The translations under genes and the position numbers were made by a program. From Alphaproteobacteria bacterium (GTDB lineage Bacteria > Pseudomonadota > Alphaproteobacteria > MPNO01): a DNA stretch of 64,000 bases. Below the pieces are notes generated by a model. The model saw only the letters and a program-made list of their open reading frames with translations, was not told the origin of the DNA and did not search any database. The stretch covers positions 1,760,001 through 1,824,000 of the forward strand of contig CBDFLJ010000002.1 of the NCBI GenBank assembly GCA_965248835.1, in the 5' to 3' direction. Below are positions 9,864 to 20,376 of the stretch, piece after piece (the stretch's first letter is position 1; every line of letters starts with the position of its first letter).

Positions 9864-10736
9864 ATGCTTATCGGTCTGCAGATCGTGAGCGGGCTTGTGT
9901 CCGCCGCGATCCTGTTCCTTCTCGCCTCTGGGCTGTCGCTGATCTTCGGCGTCTGCCGCGTGCTCAATCTTGCGCACGGGACGTTCTTCATGCTCGCGGC
10001 GTATCTCGCGTTCGCGGTGACGAACCAGCTCCACGAGGCGGGGGTGAGCTTTTGGTTGGCGCTTGCGTTCGCCCCGCTCGCGCTTGCGGGCATTGGCATG
10101 GCTCTCGAGGTGCTGATCTTCCGCAAGCTCTACGGCAAGGATATCCTCGTCCAGCTTCTGCCTACGATCGCCATCATATTCATCCTGGCGGACGTGATCC
10201 GCTTCATATGGGGGCTCGAGAGCAAGACCGTGCCATTCCCGAGCGGCCTGCCGCCGGCGATCACGATCTTCGACGTGATCTTCCCGAGCTACTATGCGGT
10301 GATTGTCGGCGCGGGCGCGGCGATCGCAGTGGGACTGTGGGCGGTGGTCTACCGGACGCGCTGGGGCACGCTCGTGCGGGCAGTCGCTCAGGACCGCGAC
10401 ATGAGCGCGGCGCTTGGCATAAACGAGACGGCGATCTACACCGGCGTCTTCGCGCTCGCGGCGTGGCTTGCCGGCACCGCCGGCGTGCTCTCCTCGCCGC
10501 TCGCCGGCGCCGCGCTCGGCAGTGATCTCGAAGCGGTGATCAACGCGTTCGTTGTCGTGGTCGTCGGCGGGCTGACGAGCATTCCCGGGGCGCTTCTGGC
10601 GGCGATCTTGATCGGCATGGTGCAGTCGTTCGGCATTCTCGTGATCCCGCAATTCGCCATGGCGTTCGTCTTCGGGCTCATGGCGCTGGTGCTGATCCTG
10701 CGGCCGAACGGACTGCTGGGACGGAAGGAACTCTGA
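9864..10736 (+). CDS. LIV-type ABC permease (LivH-like)
   Basis: SGLSLIFG...NLAHG, VVVGGL and RPNGLLG motifs. Confidence 0.92.
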   Translation: MLIGLQIVSGLVSAAILFLLASGLSLIFGVCRVLNLAHGTFFMLAAYLAFAVTNQLHEAGVSFWLALAFAPLALAGIGMALEVLIFRKLYGKDILVQLLPTIAIIFILADVIRFIWGLESKTVPFPSGLPPAITIFDVIFPSYYAVIVGAGAAIAVGLWAVVYRTRWGTLVRAVAQDRDMSAALGINETAIYTGVFALAAWLAGTAGVLSSPLAGAALGSDLEAVINAFVVVVVGGLTSIPGALLAAILIGMVQSFGILVIPQFAMAFVFGLMALVLILRPNGLLGRKEL

Positions 10737-10738
10737 CG

Positions 10739-11641
10739 GTGCGCCGGGCTGCGCTTCCCGCACTGATCGTCGCCCTCGCGGTATTGCCGTTCGTGGCGCC
10801 CCAGGTCGTGGTCATCTACACGACGGACCTGCTGATCTTCACGTTGTTCGCGCTGAGCCTCAATCTCGTCGTGGGCTACGCCGGCATGCTGTCGATGGGC
10901 CATGCGGCGTTCTTCGCGACCGGTGGCTACACCGCGGGGTTGCTGGTCACGCACCTCGGCGTTGCGATGCTGCCCGCTCTTATCGCCGGGCCGGTGCTCG
11001 CGGCGGCGGCGGCGCTCGTGATCGGCTATTTCTGCGTGCGGCTCACGCATGCCTATTTCATCATGCTGACGCTGGCGTTCGGCCAGCTCGTCTATACCGT
11101 GTTCTGGAAGTGGCACAGCGCCACCGGTGGAGACGACGGGCTGACCGGGATTATGCCGCACCCGTTGCTCGCTTCACAGACGGCCTACTACATGTTCGTG
11201 CTCGTGATCGTGCTCGCCTGCGCCTGGGCGCTGTATCGCATCGGCCGCTCGCCGTTCGGCAGCGCGCTGCTCGCGATCAAGGACAATCCGCGGCGCGCCG
11301 CATTTCTCGGTATCGATGTGAGGCGGACGCAGCTCGCGGCGTTCACCGTGGCGGGGACCTTCGCGGGCATCGCAGGCGTCCTACAGGCGTTCTTTCAGCG
11401 TGGTATGTTCCCGACCTCGGCGCATTGGCTGCTCTCGGCCGATGGCTTCGTCGCGGTGTGCATTGGCGGCGCCAACTACTTCTTCGGCCCGGTCGTCGGT
11501 GCGGTGCTGCTGAAGCTGGTGCAGCTCCTGGGGCCGCGGGTCACCGAGTACTGGCTCTTCATACTCGGGTCGTTCATCCTCTTCGTCGCGCTCGTCCGGC
11601 CCGCGGGCCTGCTGAGCCTGATCCGCCGACAGCCGGCATGA
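10739..11641 (+). CDS. LIV-type ABC permease (LivM-like)
   Basis: NLVVGYAGMLSMGHAAFF, YFIMLTLAFGQ and TGGDDG motifs. Confidence 0.92.
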   Translation: MRRAALPALIVALAVLPFVAPQVVVIYTTDLLIFTLFALSLNLVVGYAGMLSMGHAAFFATGGYTAGLLVTHLGVAMLPALIAGPVLAAAAALVIGYFCVRLTHAYFIMLTLAFGQLVYTVFWKWHSATGGDDGLTGIMPHPLLASQTAYYMFVLVIVLACAWALYRIGRSPFGSALLAIKDNPRRAAFLGIDVRRTQLAAFTVAGTFAGIAGVLQAFFQRGMFPTSAHWLLSADGFVAVCIGGANYFFGPVVGAVLLKLVQLLGPRVTEYWLFILGSFILFVALVRPAGLLSLIRRQPA

Positions 11642-12393
11642 GCGATAGCGTCCTGATCGTCGAGGATCTGTCGCGCAACTTCGGCGGCGTGCAGGCGGTG
11701 AAAGACGTGAACCTGAACGTTCCCACCGGCCAGATGCGCGCCGTGATCGGGCCGAACGGGGCCGGCAAGAGCACGTTCTTCAACCTGCTCACCGGCTCCA
11801 TACCGTGCAATTCCGGCCGGATCCTCTTCCAGGGAAAGGACGTCACCGGCCTGCCGCCGCATTCGTTGTGCCGGCTGGGGCTCGGGCGCACGTTTCAGAT
11901 CAACAGCATCTTCGCCAGCGCCACCGTGCTCGAGAACGTGCAGGTGGCGCTGCTCGCACACCGGCGCAAGATCTGGAACATGTGGACGGCGGCGGACACG
12001 CTCTTCGTGCGCGAGGCCGAGGCGCTGCTAACGACGCTCGGGCTCGAGGATCGCGCGAGACAGCTGGGATCGGAACTGTCCTACGGCGATCGGCGGCGCC
12101 TCGAGGTCGCCCTCGCGCTGGCGTGCGAACCGCAGCTTCTGCTGCTGGACGAGCCGACCGCCGGAATGTCGATCCCCGACAAACCCGGCATGGTGGAACT
12201 GATCCGCAACATCAGTCGTGAGCGCGGCGTGACGGTAATTCTGATTGAGCATGACATGGACATCGTCTTTTCGGTCGCCGACGAGATCACCGTGCTGCAC
12301 CAGGGCGCGGTCGTCGCGCACGGCACGCCGCAAGAAATCAGGGCGAACGAAGAGGTCCAGCGGATCTATCTCGGCGAGGACGCGGATGCTTGA
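11638..12393 (+). CDS. LIV-type ABC ATPase (LivG-like)
   Basis: GPNGAGKST, RTFQ, LSYG, LLLDEP and IEHDM motifs; ATGA overlap with the upstream gene. Confidence 0.93.
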   Translation: MSDSVLIVEDLSRNFGGVQAVKDVNLNVPTGQMRAVIGPNGAGKSTFFNLLTGSIPCNSGRILFQGKDVTGLPPHSLCRLGLGRTFQINSIFASATVLENVQVALLAHRRKIWNMWTAADTLFVREAEALLTTLGLEDRARQLGSELSYGDRRRLEVALALACEPQLLLLDEPTAGMSIPDKPGMVELIRNISRERGVTVILIEHDMDIVFSVADEITVLHQGAVVAHGTPQEIRANEEVQRIYLGEDADA

Positions 12394-13084
12394 GCTGCAG
12401 GACGCCTATGCCGGCTACGGCGACGGGCATGCGCTGTTCGGCGTGTCGATCTCGGTAAAACCGGGCGAGGCGGTCGGCTTGCTGGGCCGCAACGGCGCCG
12501 GGAAAAGCACGACACTCAAGACCATCATGGGCCTCGTGCCGCTCGCCCGCGGGCGCCTCACGTTCCTTGACCGCGATGTGTCGGGCATGCGCACCTTCGA
12601 GCGCAGCCAGCTCGGGCTCGGCTATGTCCCGGAGGATCGGCGGATTTTCCCCGAGCTCACCGTGCGTGAGAACCTCGACACGGCGGTGAAGCCCGCGACC
12701 GATGGTACCCCATGGACCCGGGATCGCGTGTTCGACCTCTTCCCGGCGCTCGGCGGGATGCAGAAACGCGCGGGCGGGCTGCTGTCGGGCGGCGAGCAGC
12801 AGATGCTGTCGATCGCGCGCACCCTGATGGGCAATCCGCGCCTGCTGTTGCTCGACGAGCCCTCGGAAGGGCTCGCGCCGCTGGTGATCGGATTGCTCCG
12901 CACGCAGATCAGGCGGCTGAAGCAGGAGGGCCTCACGATCATGCTGTGCGAGCAGAACCTCCGCTTCGCGATGGCGATCTGCGACCGCGTGTACGTGATC
13001 GATACAGGGCAGATCGGCTTCGCTGGAACGTTCGAAGAGCTGGAAAGCAATCCAGAGGTGAAGCGCGCGCACCTGATGGTGTAA
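12386..13084 (+). CDS. LIV-type ABC ATPase (LivF-like)
   Basis: GRNGAGKST, VPEDRRIF, LSGGEQQM and DEPSEGLAP motifs. Confidence 0.93.
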   Translation: MLELQDAYAGYGDGHALFGVSISVKPGEAVGLLGRNGAGKSTTLKTIMGLVPLARGRLTFLDRDVSGMRTFERSQLGLGYVPEDRRIFPELTVRENLDTAVKPATDGTPWTRDRVFDLFPALGGMQKRAGGLLSGGEQQMLSIARTLMGNPRLLLLDEPSEGLAPLVIGLLRTQIRRLKQEGLTIMLCEQNLRFAMAICDRVYVIDTGQIGFAGTFEELESNPEVKRAHLMV

Positions 13085-13225
13085 TCGGCGATCAAAATGC
13101 CGATGAACTCGCCCCCGGCCCAAAAGCGAACCTTCACCGGTTCGAAAGCGGGAATGAAGCGCTGTGATTTGACAGGCCGGAAATCGATGAACCAATATCC
13201 TTTGTCGTGAGCCCGACACCGAGCC

Positions 13226-13530
13226 CTATTCGATGAGCGCGATCACCTCGCACAGCATTAGCGTGTTTCCGATCAAGTGATCGTTGACGATGATGTGGCG
13301 TGCCGGGCGCGCGTTCTCGTCCGGGCAGGTTTCTATCCACTTGGCGTTGATCACGTCCTTGGGGACCGAGCTTGCGACGTAGAAGGTCAGGCGGACGATG
13401 GCGTCGATCGTCGCACCCCCTTCTTCGAGGATCCGGAACAAATTGTGGAACATCAGCGCGCATTGGGCTTCGGCGTCGTCGGGGATGGAGTCGCGTTCCG
13501 GATCGAGGCCGAAATGCCGCCGTTGACACT
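13226..13530 (-). pseudogene. RidA/YjgF family pseudogene (5'-truncated, frameshifted)
   Basis: GLDP...IPDDAEAQCALMFHNL..ILEEGGAT...RPAR...CEVIA. The upstream GGI lies in another frame and no N-terminus was found. Confidence 0.7.
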
Positions 13531-13832
13531 CGGAGGTATCGGATAATCCTCACAAGGACGAACCTATTGTGCCGTTTCTGTGTTGCTCACGGGGCCAGTC
13601 TGTTCCTCCATCAGGATCATACAGATGTTCCAAGGCGAATTCCATTTCCCACTTCCGCGAATGCAACTATTCAGCGACACAGGATCCATCTGTGTTATTC
13701 GAATCGGCCCCATCCGCCCTTGACTGGGACCCTAAGCCATTGTAGTACCACTCTGATACAGGGAAAGACTACGACCCTACAATACTGTCAGAGTACCTTG
13801 AACCACGAATATTGGGTGCACACCTTAAGCAC

Positions 13833-13858
13833 CTGTCCGATTTTCCGGGGCCACCTCA
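13833..13858. mobile_element. Isolated IS3-family terminal inverted repeat (IS scar)
   Basis: CTGTCCGATTTTCCGGGGCCACCTCA (reverse complement TGAGGTGGCCCCGGAAAATCGGACAG), typical of an IS3-type end. No transposase adjacent. Confidence 0.6.
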
Positions 13859-14079
13859 CGAGTGAATGGACCGGGAGAGCCGGGCGGACGCCGAGCGCGC
13901 AAGCCTTTGGCGCCGGTCCCGGGCAGCACCGGAGCATCGAAGCTTCACCCTCGGCCGGTCGCGCCGTAAACTCGTGCGGTCATGGCCAACGCCTGCCACG
14001 CCCGACCGGCTGCGCCCGCCGCCCGCGCCGGGTTCGGTTGTAACCGACGGCACGCCATGCTGCCGGGGTTCGACAGGCC

Positions 14080-15159
14080 ATGAGCGGCACCGCGCATCCC
14101 GCCGAGGTCGAAATCGTCCGCGGCCCGATGGTCGAAAGCCGGCATGTGGTGCACTACGCGGTGGTCGATACCGCCGGCAAGGTGGTCATGGCCGGTGGCG
14201 ACGTCGAGGCGCCGCTCTATCCGCGCTCCGCGGTGAAGCCGATCCAGGCGCTGGCGTTCGTCGAGACCGGCGCGGCCGAGACATTCGGTTTGGGCGCACC
14301 GCACATCGCCCTTGCCTGCGGCAGCCATGGCGGGGAGGAGCGGCATACCGAGACGGTGCTTGCCTGGCTCGGGCGGATCGACTGCACCGAGGCCGACCTT
14401 GACTGCGGCATCCATCAGCCGCTGAACGAGGAGGCGGCACGCGCCCTGGCCCACGCGGGCCGCGCACCCGGCGCGGCGCACAACAACTGCTCGGGCAAGC
14501 ACACGGGCTTCCTCAGCTTTTGCCGTGCCAGCGGTTCGCCGTTGACCGGCTACACCCGCATCGATCACCCGGTCCAGCAGCGCGTGCTGGGCATCCTGGA
14601 ACAGATGTGCGGGCTCGACCTGTCCCACACGGCCCGGGCGACCGACGGGTGCGGCATCCCGGTGATCGCGCTGCCGCTCGGCAACCTCGCCCTTGCCATG
14701 GCGCGTCTGGCCGATCCGTCCGATCAGCCGGACCGGCGCGCGCACGCCATCGGCCGGATCCGCATCGCCATGACCGCCGAGCCGTTCCATGTCGCCGGCA
14801 CCGACCGGTTCGACACCGCGATCATCGAGGCCTTCGGCGGAAGGGTCCTGGTCAAGGCCGGCGCCGAAGGTGTGTCCTGTGCGAGCCTTCCGGAACAGGG
14901 GCTGGGCATCGCCGTCAAAGCGCTCGACGGCGCCAAGCGGGCCGCCGAGGTCGTGATGGCGACGCTTCTCGGCCACCTCGCAGCGCCCGGCCCCGACGAG
15001 CGCGCTATCCTCGACCAATGGAGCCGACGGAAACGCCGCAACCACGCGGGGACGGTGGTCGGTCAGATCAGGATCTCCGCCGAAAACGCGGTGCGGCCTC
15101 CGATCCCGACCGATGCAGGCCCGCAGGACCGAACGCCTCCCGGAGCACGATCGCCATGA
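14080..15159 (+). CDS. L-asparaginase II (Rhizobium etli type, class 3)
   Basis: RG..VESRH, RSAVKPIQA, CGSHGGE, NNCSGKH, DGCG.P and K.GAEG motifs. Confidence 0.9.
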   Translation: MSGTAHPAEVEIVRGPMVESRHVVHYAVVDTAGKVVMAGGDVEAPLYPRSAVKPIQALAFVETGAAETFGLGAPHIALACGSHGGEERHTETVLAWLGRIDCTEADLDCGIHQPLNEEAARALAHAGRAPGAAHNNCSGKHTGFLSFCRASGSPLTGYTRIDHPVQQRVLGILEQMCGLDLSHTARATDGCGIPVIALPLGNLALAMARLADPSDQPDRRAHAIGRIRIAMTAEPFHVAGTDRFDTAIIEAFGGRVLVKAGAEGVSCASLPEQGLGIAVKALDGAKRAAEVVMATLLGHLAAPGPDERAILDQWSRRKRRNHAGTVVGQIRISAENAVRPPIPTDAGPQDRTPPGARSP

Positions 15160-15491
15160 CGCCCGACAATCTCGTCACCCTGGACCTCGCCAGGTTCACC
15201 AGCCGCGATATCGACAAGGTCGAAGCCCTGTCCGACAAGCTCAAGCTGATGCACCGCTGGTACCGATCCGAGCGCCGCTCGGTATCGGGCAGCGACCAGA
15301 TCGCGATCTTTTCCGGCGACCGGTCCAACATGCCCTATGCGAGCTATCGTATCGCCCGGCAGAACGACGGCGCCTACCACCTGAGCGATCACCGGACCGG
15401 GCGCTTGCTGGCCACCGCGCGCTCGATCGACCCGATCCTGGCGGCGATCCCGGGCGACTTCTACCATGCCGGTCCGCGCCGGCGGCAATAG
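15156..15491 (+). CDS. Hypothetical protein
   Basis: 111-aa ORF with host-like codon usage and an ATGA overlap with the asparaginase stop. Confidence 0.65.
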   Translation: MTPDNLVTLDLARFTSRDIDKVEALSDKLKLMHRWYRSERRSVSGSDQIAIFSGDRSNMPYASYRIARQNDGAYHLSDHRTGRLLATARSIDPILAAIPGDFYHAGPRRRQ

Positions 15492-15532
15492 CGACACGGC
15501 CGGGCATTGTTGCGCACACACCCGTGGGATAG

Positions 15533-16081
<549 letters not shown>

Positions 16082-16107
16082 CCGGCTCGCGCCGATCGGA
16101 CCATGCC

Positions 16108-17307
16108 CTAATGCCTGGACAGCGCCGGGGTGCCCTTGCGCAGGACGGCCATGGCGGCGTCCAGACCCTCGAGCGTCAGCGGGTACATACGCGCGGTCAT
16201 GAGCTGGTGGGTCATGCGCAATGACGGCGTCGACATCCAGCGTTGGACCGGGGTCGGGTTGATCCACACCGCATCGGGGTAGCCGGCCAGCATCCGGCGC
16301 AGCCACAGCTCGCCCGGCTCCTCGTTCCAATGCTCGATCGAGCCGCCCACTTCGGTGATCTCGAACGGGCTCATGGTCGCATCGCCGACGAAGATCACCT
16401 TGTAGTCCGGACCGTAGGTGTTGAGGATCTCCCAGGTCGGGATCCATTCATTGTATCCCCGCCGGTTCTCGCGCCACACCCGCTCGTAGATGAAATTGTG
16501 GAAGTAGAAATATTCCAGATGCTTGAGCTCGCTGCGCGCGGCCGAGAACAGCTCTTCGGAAACCCTGATAAAACTGTCCATCGAGCCGCCGATGTCGAAG
16601 AAGATCAGCGCCTTGATCCTGTTCTTACGCTCGGCCCGCATCCTTATGTCGAGCCAACCGGCGTTGTCGGCGGTCGCGCGGATCGTGGCGTCGAGATCGA
16701 ATTCGTCTTCCGCGCCGTCGCGGACGAATTTCCGCAAGCGCCGCAAGGCGATTTTTATGTTGCGCGTGCCGATCTCCGCGGTGCCGGACAGGCTGCGGAA
16801 CTCCCGTTTCTCCCAGACCTTGGTCGCGCTCTTGCCGCCGCCCTCGCCGCCGATGCGCACCCCGGCCGGGTTGCGGCCCGAATTGCCGAACGGCGAGGTC
16901 CCGCCGGTGCCGATCCAGCGGTTGCCGCCTTCGTGGCGGCCCTGCTGCTCCTGCAGCCGCTTGGCGAGTTCCTCCATCAGCTCCTGGAAGCTCATCGCCT
17001 CGAGCTTGGCGAGCTCTTCGGCGTCGAACACCCGCTCCGCCACGGCGCGCAGCCAGTCTTCGGGCACGACATTGGAGAAGATGTCCTCGGTCTGGTGCAT
17101 CGCACCCTTGAAGAAGTTCTCGAACACCTTGTCGTAGACGTCGAAATACTTCTCGTCCTTCACCATCGCCGCGCGCGCGAGGTAGTAGAAGCCGTCGACA
17201 TCGGCGTCGCCCTCCCCCTTGGACAGGGCCTCCAGCAACATCAGGTATTCGCGGATGGTAACCGGCACGCGGGCTGCGCGTAGCTGGAAGAAGAAGTCGA
17301 CGAACAC
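16108..17307 (-). CDS. VWA-domain protein (CoxE-like partner of MoxR)
   Basis: GGNRWIGTGGTSPFG, DIGGSMD (MIDAS), YFHN and VGDATMSP motifs; GTG start. Confidence 0.9.
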   Translation of the reverse strand: MFVDFFFQLRAARVPVTIREYLMLLEALSKGEGDADVDGFYYLARAAMVKDEKYFDVYDKVFENFFKGAMHQTEDIFSNVVPEDWLRAVAERVFDAEELAKLEAMSFQELMEELAKRLQEQQGRHEGGNRWIGTGGTSPFGNSGRNPAGVRIGGEGGGKSATKVWEKREFRSLSGTAEIGTRNIKIALRRLRKFVRDGAEDEFDLDATIRATADNAGWLDIRMRAERKNRIKALIFFDIGGSMDSFIRVSEELFSAARSELKHLEYFYFHNFIYERVWRENRRGYNEWIPTWEILNTYGPDYKVIFVGDATMSPFEITEVGGSIEHWNEEPGELWLRRMLAGYPDAVWINPTPVQRWMSTPSLRMTHQLMTARMYPLTLEGLDAAMAVLRKGTPALSRH

Positions 17308-17321
17308 GGCGCCCGCCCCGC

Positions 17322-18173
17322 CTAAGCTCCCGGGCGCCGGGACAGGAAGGCGAGCCGCTCGAACATGTGGACATCCTGCTCGTTCTTGAGCAGCGCTCCG
17401 TGGAGCTTGGGGATCGCCTTGGTCGAATCCTCGCGCAATTCCTCGGGCGACATGTCCTCGGCCAGCAGCAGCTTGATCCAATCGAGCAACTCCGAGGTCG
17501 AGGGCTTCTTCTTCAGCCCGTTGACCTCACGGACCGTGAAGAAGGTATCGAGCGCCTCTTTCAGAAGCGCCTTCTTGATGTCGGGGAAATGGACGCCGAC
17601 GATCCGCTCCATCGTCTCGGTGTCGGGAAAGCGGATGTAGTGGAAGAAGCACCGCCTGAGAAAGGCGTCCGGCAGCTCCTTTTCGTTGTTGGAAGTGATG
17701 ATCACCGCCGGCCGGTGGGTCGCCTTGATCGTCTCCTGGGTCTCGTAGACGTAGAACTCCATCCGGTCGAGCTCGCGCAGCAAATCGTTGGGGAACTCGA
17801 TATCGGCCTTGTCGATCTCGTCGATCAGCAGAACCGCCGGGCTGACCGAGGTGAAGGACTCCCACAGCATGCCGCGCTTGATGTAGTTGCGGATGTCCTT
17901 GACCCGCTCCTCGCCGAGCTGGGAATCGCGCAGGCGCGAGACGGCGTCGTACTCGTAGAGCCCGTGCTGCGCCTTGGTGGTCGATTTGATGTGCCATTCG
18001 AAGAACGGCCGGCTGAGCGCATCCGCGACCTCCTGTGCGAGCAGCGTCTTGCCCGTCCCCGGCTCCCCCTTGACGAGCAGCGGCCGTTCGAGCGTGATGG
18101 CGGCGTTGACCGCTGTCATCAGGTCCTCGGTGGCGATATAGGTATCGGTGCCGGTGAACTTCATGAAAGACAA
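17322..18173 (-). CDS. MoxR-family AAA+ ATPase
   Basis: GEPGTGKT, LLIDEIDKADIEFPNDLL and ELPDAFLRRC motifs. Confidence 0.93.
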   Translation of the reverse strand: MSFMKFTGTDTYIATEDLMTAVNAAITLERPLLVKGEPGTGKTLLAQEVADALSRPFFEWHIKSTTKAQHGLYEYDAVSRLRDSQLGEERVKDIRNYIKRGMLWESFTSVSPAVLLIDEIDKADIEFPNDLLRELDRMEFYVYETQETIKATHRPAVIITSNNEKELPDAFLRRCFFHYIRFPDTETMERIVGVHFPDIKKALLKEALDTFFTVREVNGLKKKPSTSELLDWIKLLLAEDMSPEELREDSTKAIPKLHGALLKNEQDVHMFERLAFLSRRPGA

Positions 18174-18280
18174 CCACCCAGCCTTGTTCGGAACGCGGCG
18201 CGACCGCCGCGGCGCAACCTAAATTACGCCCCCTGGGCGATCAAGCCTCGCCCGGGCAGAGCACCGGAAGGAATGCTGCC

Positions 18281-18742
18281 TTGTCCAGCTTGATGATCGC
18301 ACTTCACGTCCTGGCCGCCATCGTCTGGGTCGGCGGCATGGCGTTCGCGCTGATGGTGCTGCGCCCGGCCGCCGGGCCGCTCGAGCCGCCGCAGCGCCTG
18401 GCGCTGTGGCAGCGCGTCTTCGAGCGCTTCTTCGTCTGGGTGTGGGCGGCGGTGATCCTGCTGCCGGCGACCGGGCTGTGGCTGATTTTCTTTCAACACG
18501 GCGGATTCGCGGGCCTGCCGCTCCACCTGCATCTGATGCATGGGATCGGCTGGATCATGGTGCTGCTCTTCCTGCACCTGTGGTTCGTCCCCTACCGGCG
18601 GTTCAAGAAGGCGCTGGCCGCAAACGAGGTGCCGGCCGCGGCCCAGGCGCTCGACCAGATCCGCAAAATCGTCGCGACCAACCTGACGATCGGTCTGATC
18701 AACGCGGTGATCGGTAGCTCGGGCAGCTACTGGACGGGGTAG
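18281..18742 (+). CDS. CopD-like integral membrane protein
   Basis: LHVLAAIVWVGGM.F motif; 4 transmembrane helices. Confidence 0.75.
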   Translation: MSSLMIALHVLAAIVWVGGMAFALMVLRPAAGPLEPPQRLALWQRVFERFFVWVWAAVILLPATGLWLIFFQHGGFAGLPLHLHLMHGIGWIMVLLFLHLWFVPYRRFKKALAANEVPAAAQALDQIRKIVATNLTIGLINAVIGSSGSYWTG

Positions 18743-18775
18743 GAGGCCGCATTTTCGGCACCCGGGAGAGCATGC

Positions 18776-19384
18776 TTGAACGAATCCGATGTCGAAATCT
18801 CCCGGACCGAGAGGGTCCATGACGGATATCTGAAGGTCGACAGGCACCATCTGAGGCACCGGCGCCAGGACGGCGGCTGGACCGAACCCATGATCCGGGA
18901 GTCGATCGAGCGCGGTCATGCGGTGGCCGGCCTGCCCTACGACCCGGTGCGCGAGGAGATGGTGCTGATCGAGCAGTTCCGCATCGGGGCGCTCGCCGCC
19001 GGACTGCCGCCGTGGCAGATCGAGATCATTGCCGGCATCATCGAGCCCGGCGAGTCGCCCACCGCCGTGGCCCGGCGCGAATCCATCGAAGAGGCCGGCT
19101 GCGCGGTGAGCGCGCTGGTGCCGGCCTGCCGTTTCCTGACCAGCCCCGGGGTGATGTCGGAAACCGTCGAGATCTTCATCGGCCGGACCGATACCAACGG
19201 TATCGGCGGCGTCTACGGCGTCCGCGAGGAGGGCGAGGACATAAGGGCGTTCGCGCTGGGGTTCGAGGATGCGATGGCGCTGCTGGACTCCGGCCGCATC
19301 GAGAACGCGCCGGCGATCGCCGGGCTGCTGTGGCTAGGCCGTCACAAGGACAGACTCCGGCGGCGCTGGCTGGCTGAAGAATAG
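18776..19384 (+). CDS. nudF: ADP-ribose pyrophosphatase (Nudix)
   Basis: ERGHAV..LPYDP, LIEQFR and Nudix box G.IEPGE....ARRE..EEAG. Confidence 0.85.
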   Translation: MNESDVEISRTERVHDGYLKVDRHHLRHRRQDGGWTEPMIRESIERGHAVAGLPYDPVREEMVLIEQFRIGALAAGLPPWQIEIIAGIIEPGESPTAVARRESIEEAGCAVSALVPACRFLTSPGVMSETVEIFIGRTDTNGIGGVYGVREEGEDIRAFALGFEDAMALLDSGRIENAPAIAGLLWLGRHKDRLRRRWLAEE

Positions 19385-19509
19385 CGGAAACGGCGGCTCC
19401 AACAGGCTAGGCGGCCGGATTTCAAGGCTCCGCGGTGCAGCCCTCGACGGCGTTAACCAAAAATGCAAGGTTAGCCGGCGCTGGATAGGTTTGGGACAAG
19501 GAAAAAGCG

Positions 19510-20376
19510 GTGGCGGAGTTCGTTGAACCGGATGCGCTGGTCAGCACGAAATGGCTCGCGAAGCGGCTGAGCGAGCCGGAAATTCGCGTTGTCGACTCGA
19601 CGTGGTTCCTGCCCAATGTCGACCGCTCGGGCGGGGCGGAATTCGAAGCCGCCCACATCCCAGGCGCGCGTTACTGGGACATTGACGAGATCGCCGATCC
19701 GGGCGATCCGCGCCCGCATATGCTGCCGAGTCCGGCGGACTTCGAGGCCCAAATGGCGCGGCTCGGGATCGGCGCGGACACGCGCGTCGTGGTCTATGAC
19801 CGGGTCGGCATGATGACCGTCGGTCGGGTGTGGTGGATGCTGCGCTATTTCGGCCATGACGCGGTCTCGATCCTCGATGGCGGGTTCGCGAAGTGGACCG
19901 CCGAGGACCGGCCGGTCGAGAAAGAACCCGGCGTCTCGGCCGGCGCGCCGACGGTGTTCTTGGCCAGGCCGCGGCCGCACATGGTGCGCAGCCTCGACCA
20001 GGTCGCCAGCCTGCTCGAGCGGCCGGAGGAGCAGATCCTCGATGCCCGCTCGCCCGGCCGGTTCAGCGCCGCCGAGCCCGAGCCGCGGCCGGGGTGTCGC
20101 GCCGGCCATATCCCGGGGAGCATGAACCTGCCCTACAACGCCCTGGTCGATCCCGAGACCGGCACGATCCGCCCGGCCCAGGCCCTGTGCTGTCTGTTCG
20201 ACGGCGCCGGCGTCGATGTCGCCAAGCCGGTGGTGACGACGTGCGGCTCGGGCGTGACGGCCTGCATGCTGGCCTTCGGGCTCCATTTGTTGGGCCACGA
20301 TCGGGTCGCGGTCTATGACGGCTCGTGGTCGGAATGGGGCGCGCGGACCGACACGCCGATCGAGCCGGCGCCATGA
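19510..20376 (+). CDS. sseA: 3-mercaptopyruvate sulfurtransferase
   Basis: HIPGA, PHMLP, active site CGSGVTA and YDGSWSEW. Confidence 0.93.
   Translation: MAEFVEPDALVSTKWLAKRLSEPEIRVVDSTWFLPNVDRSGGAEFEAAHIPGARYWDIDEIADPGDPRPHMLPSPADFEAQMARLGIGADTRVVVYDRVGMMTVGRVWWMLRYFGHDAVSILDGGFAKWTAEDRPVEKEPGVSAGAPTVFLARPRPHMVRSLDQVASLLERPEEQILDARSPGRFSAAEPEPRPGCRAGHIPGSMNLPYNALVDPETGTIRPAQALCCLFDGAGVDVAKPVVTTCGSGVTACMLAFGLHLLGHDRVAVYDGSWSEWGARTDTPIEPAP

Noticed and set aside
13372-14043. 223-aa ORF across the low-GC filler
   Set aside because: Crosses a pseudogene, an IS end and intergenic DNA; no recognisable protein features.
16108-18173. MoxR-VWA pair as a novel or defence system
   Set aside because: Matches the widespread housekeeping MoxR/CoxE-like pair in a host-like context.
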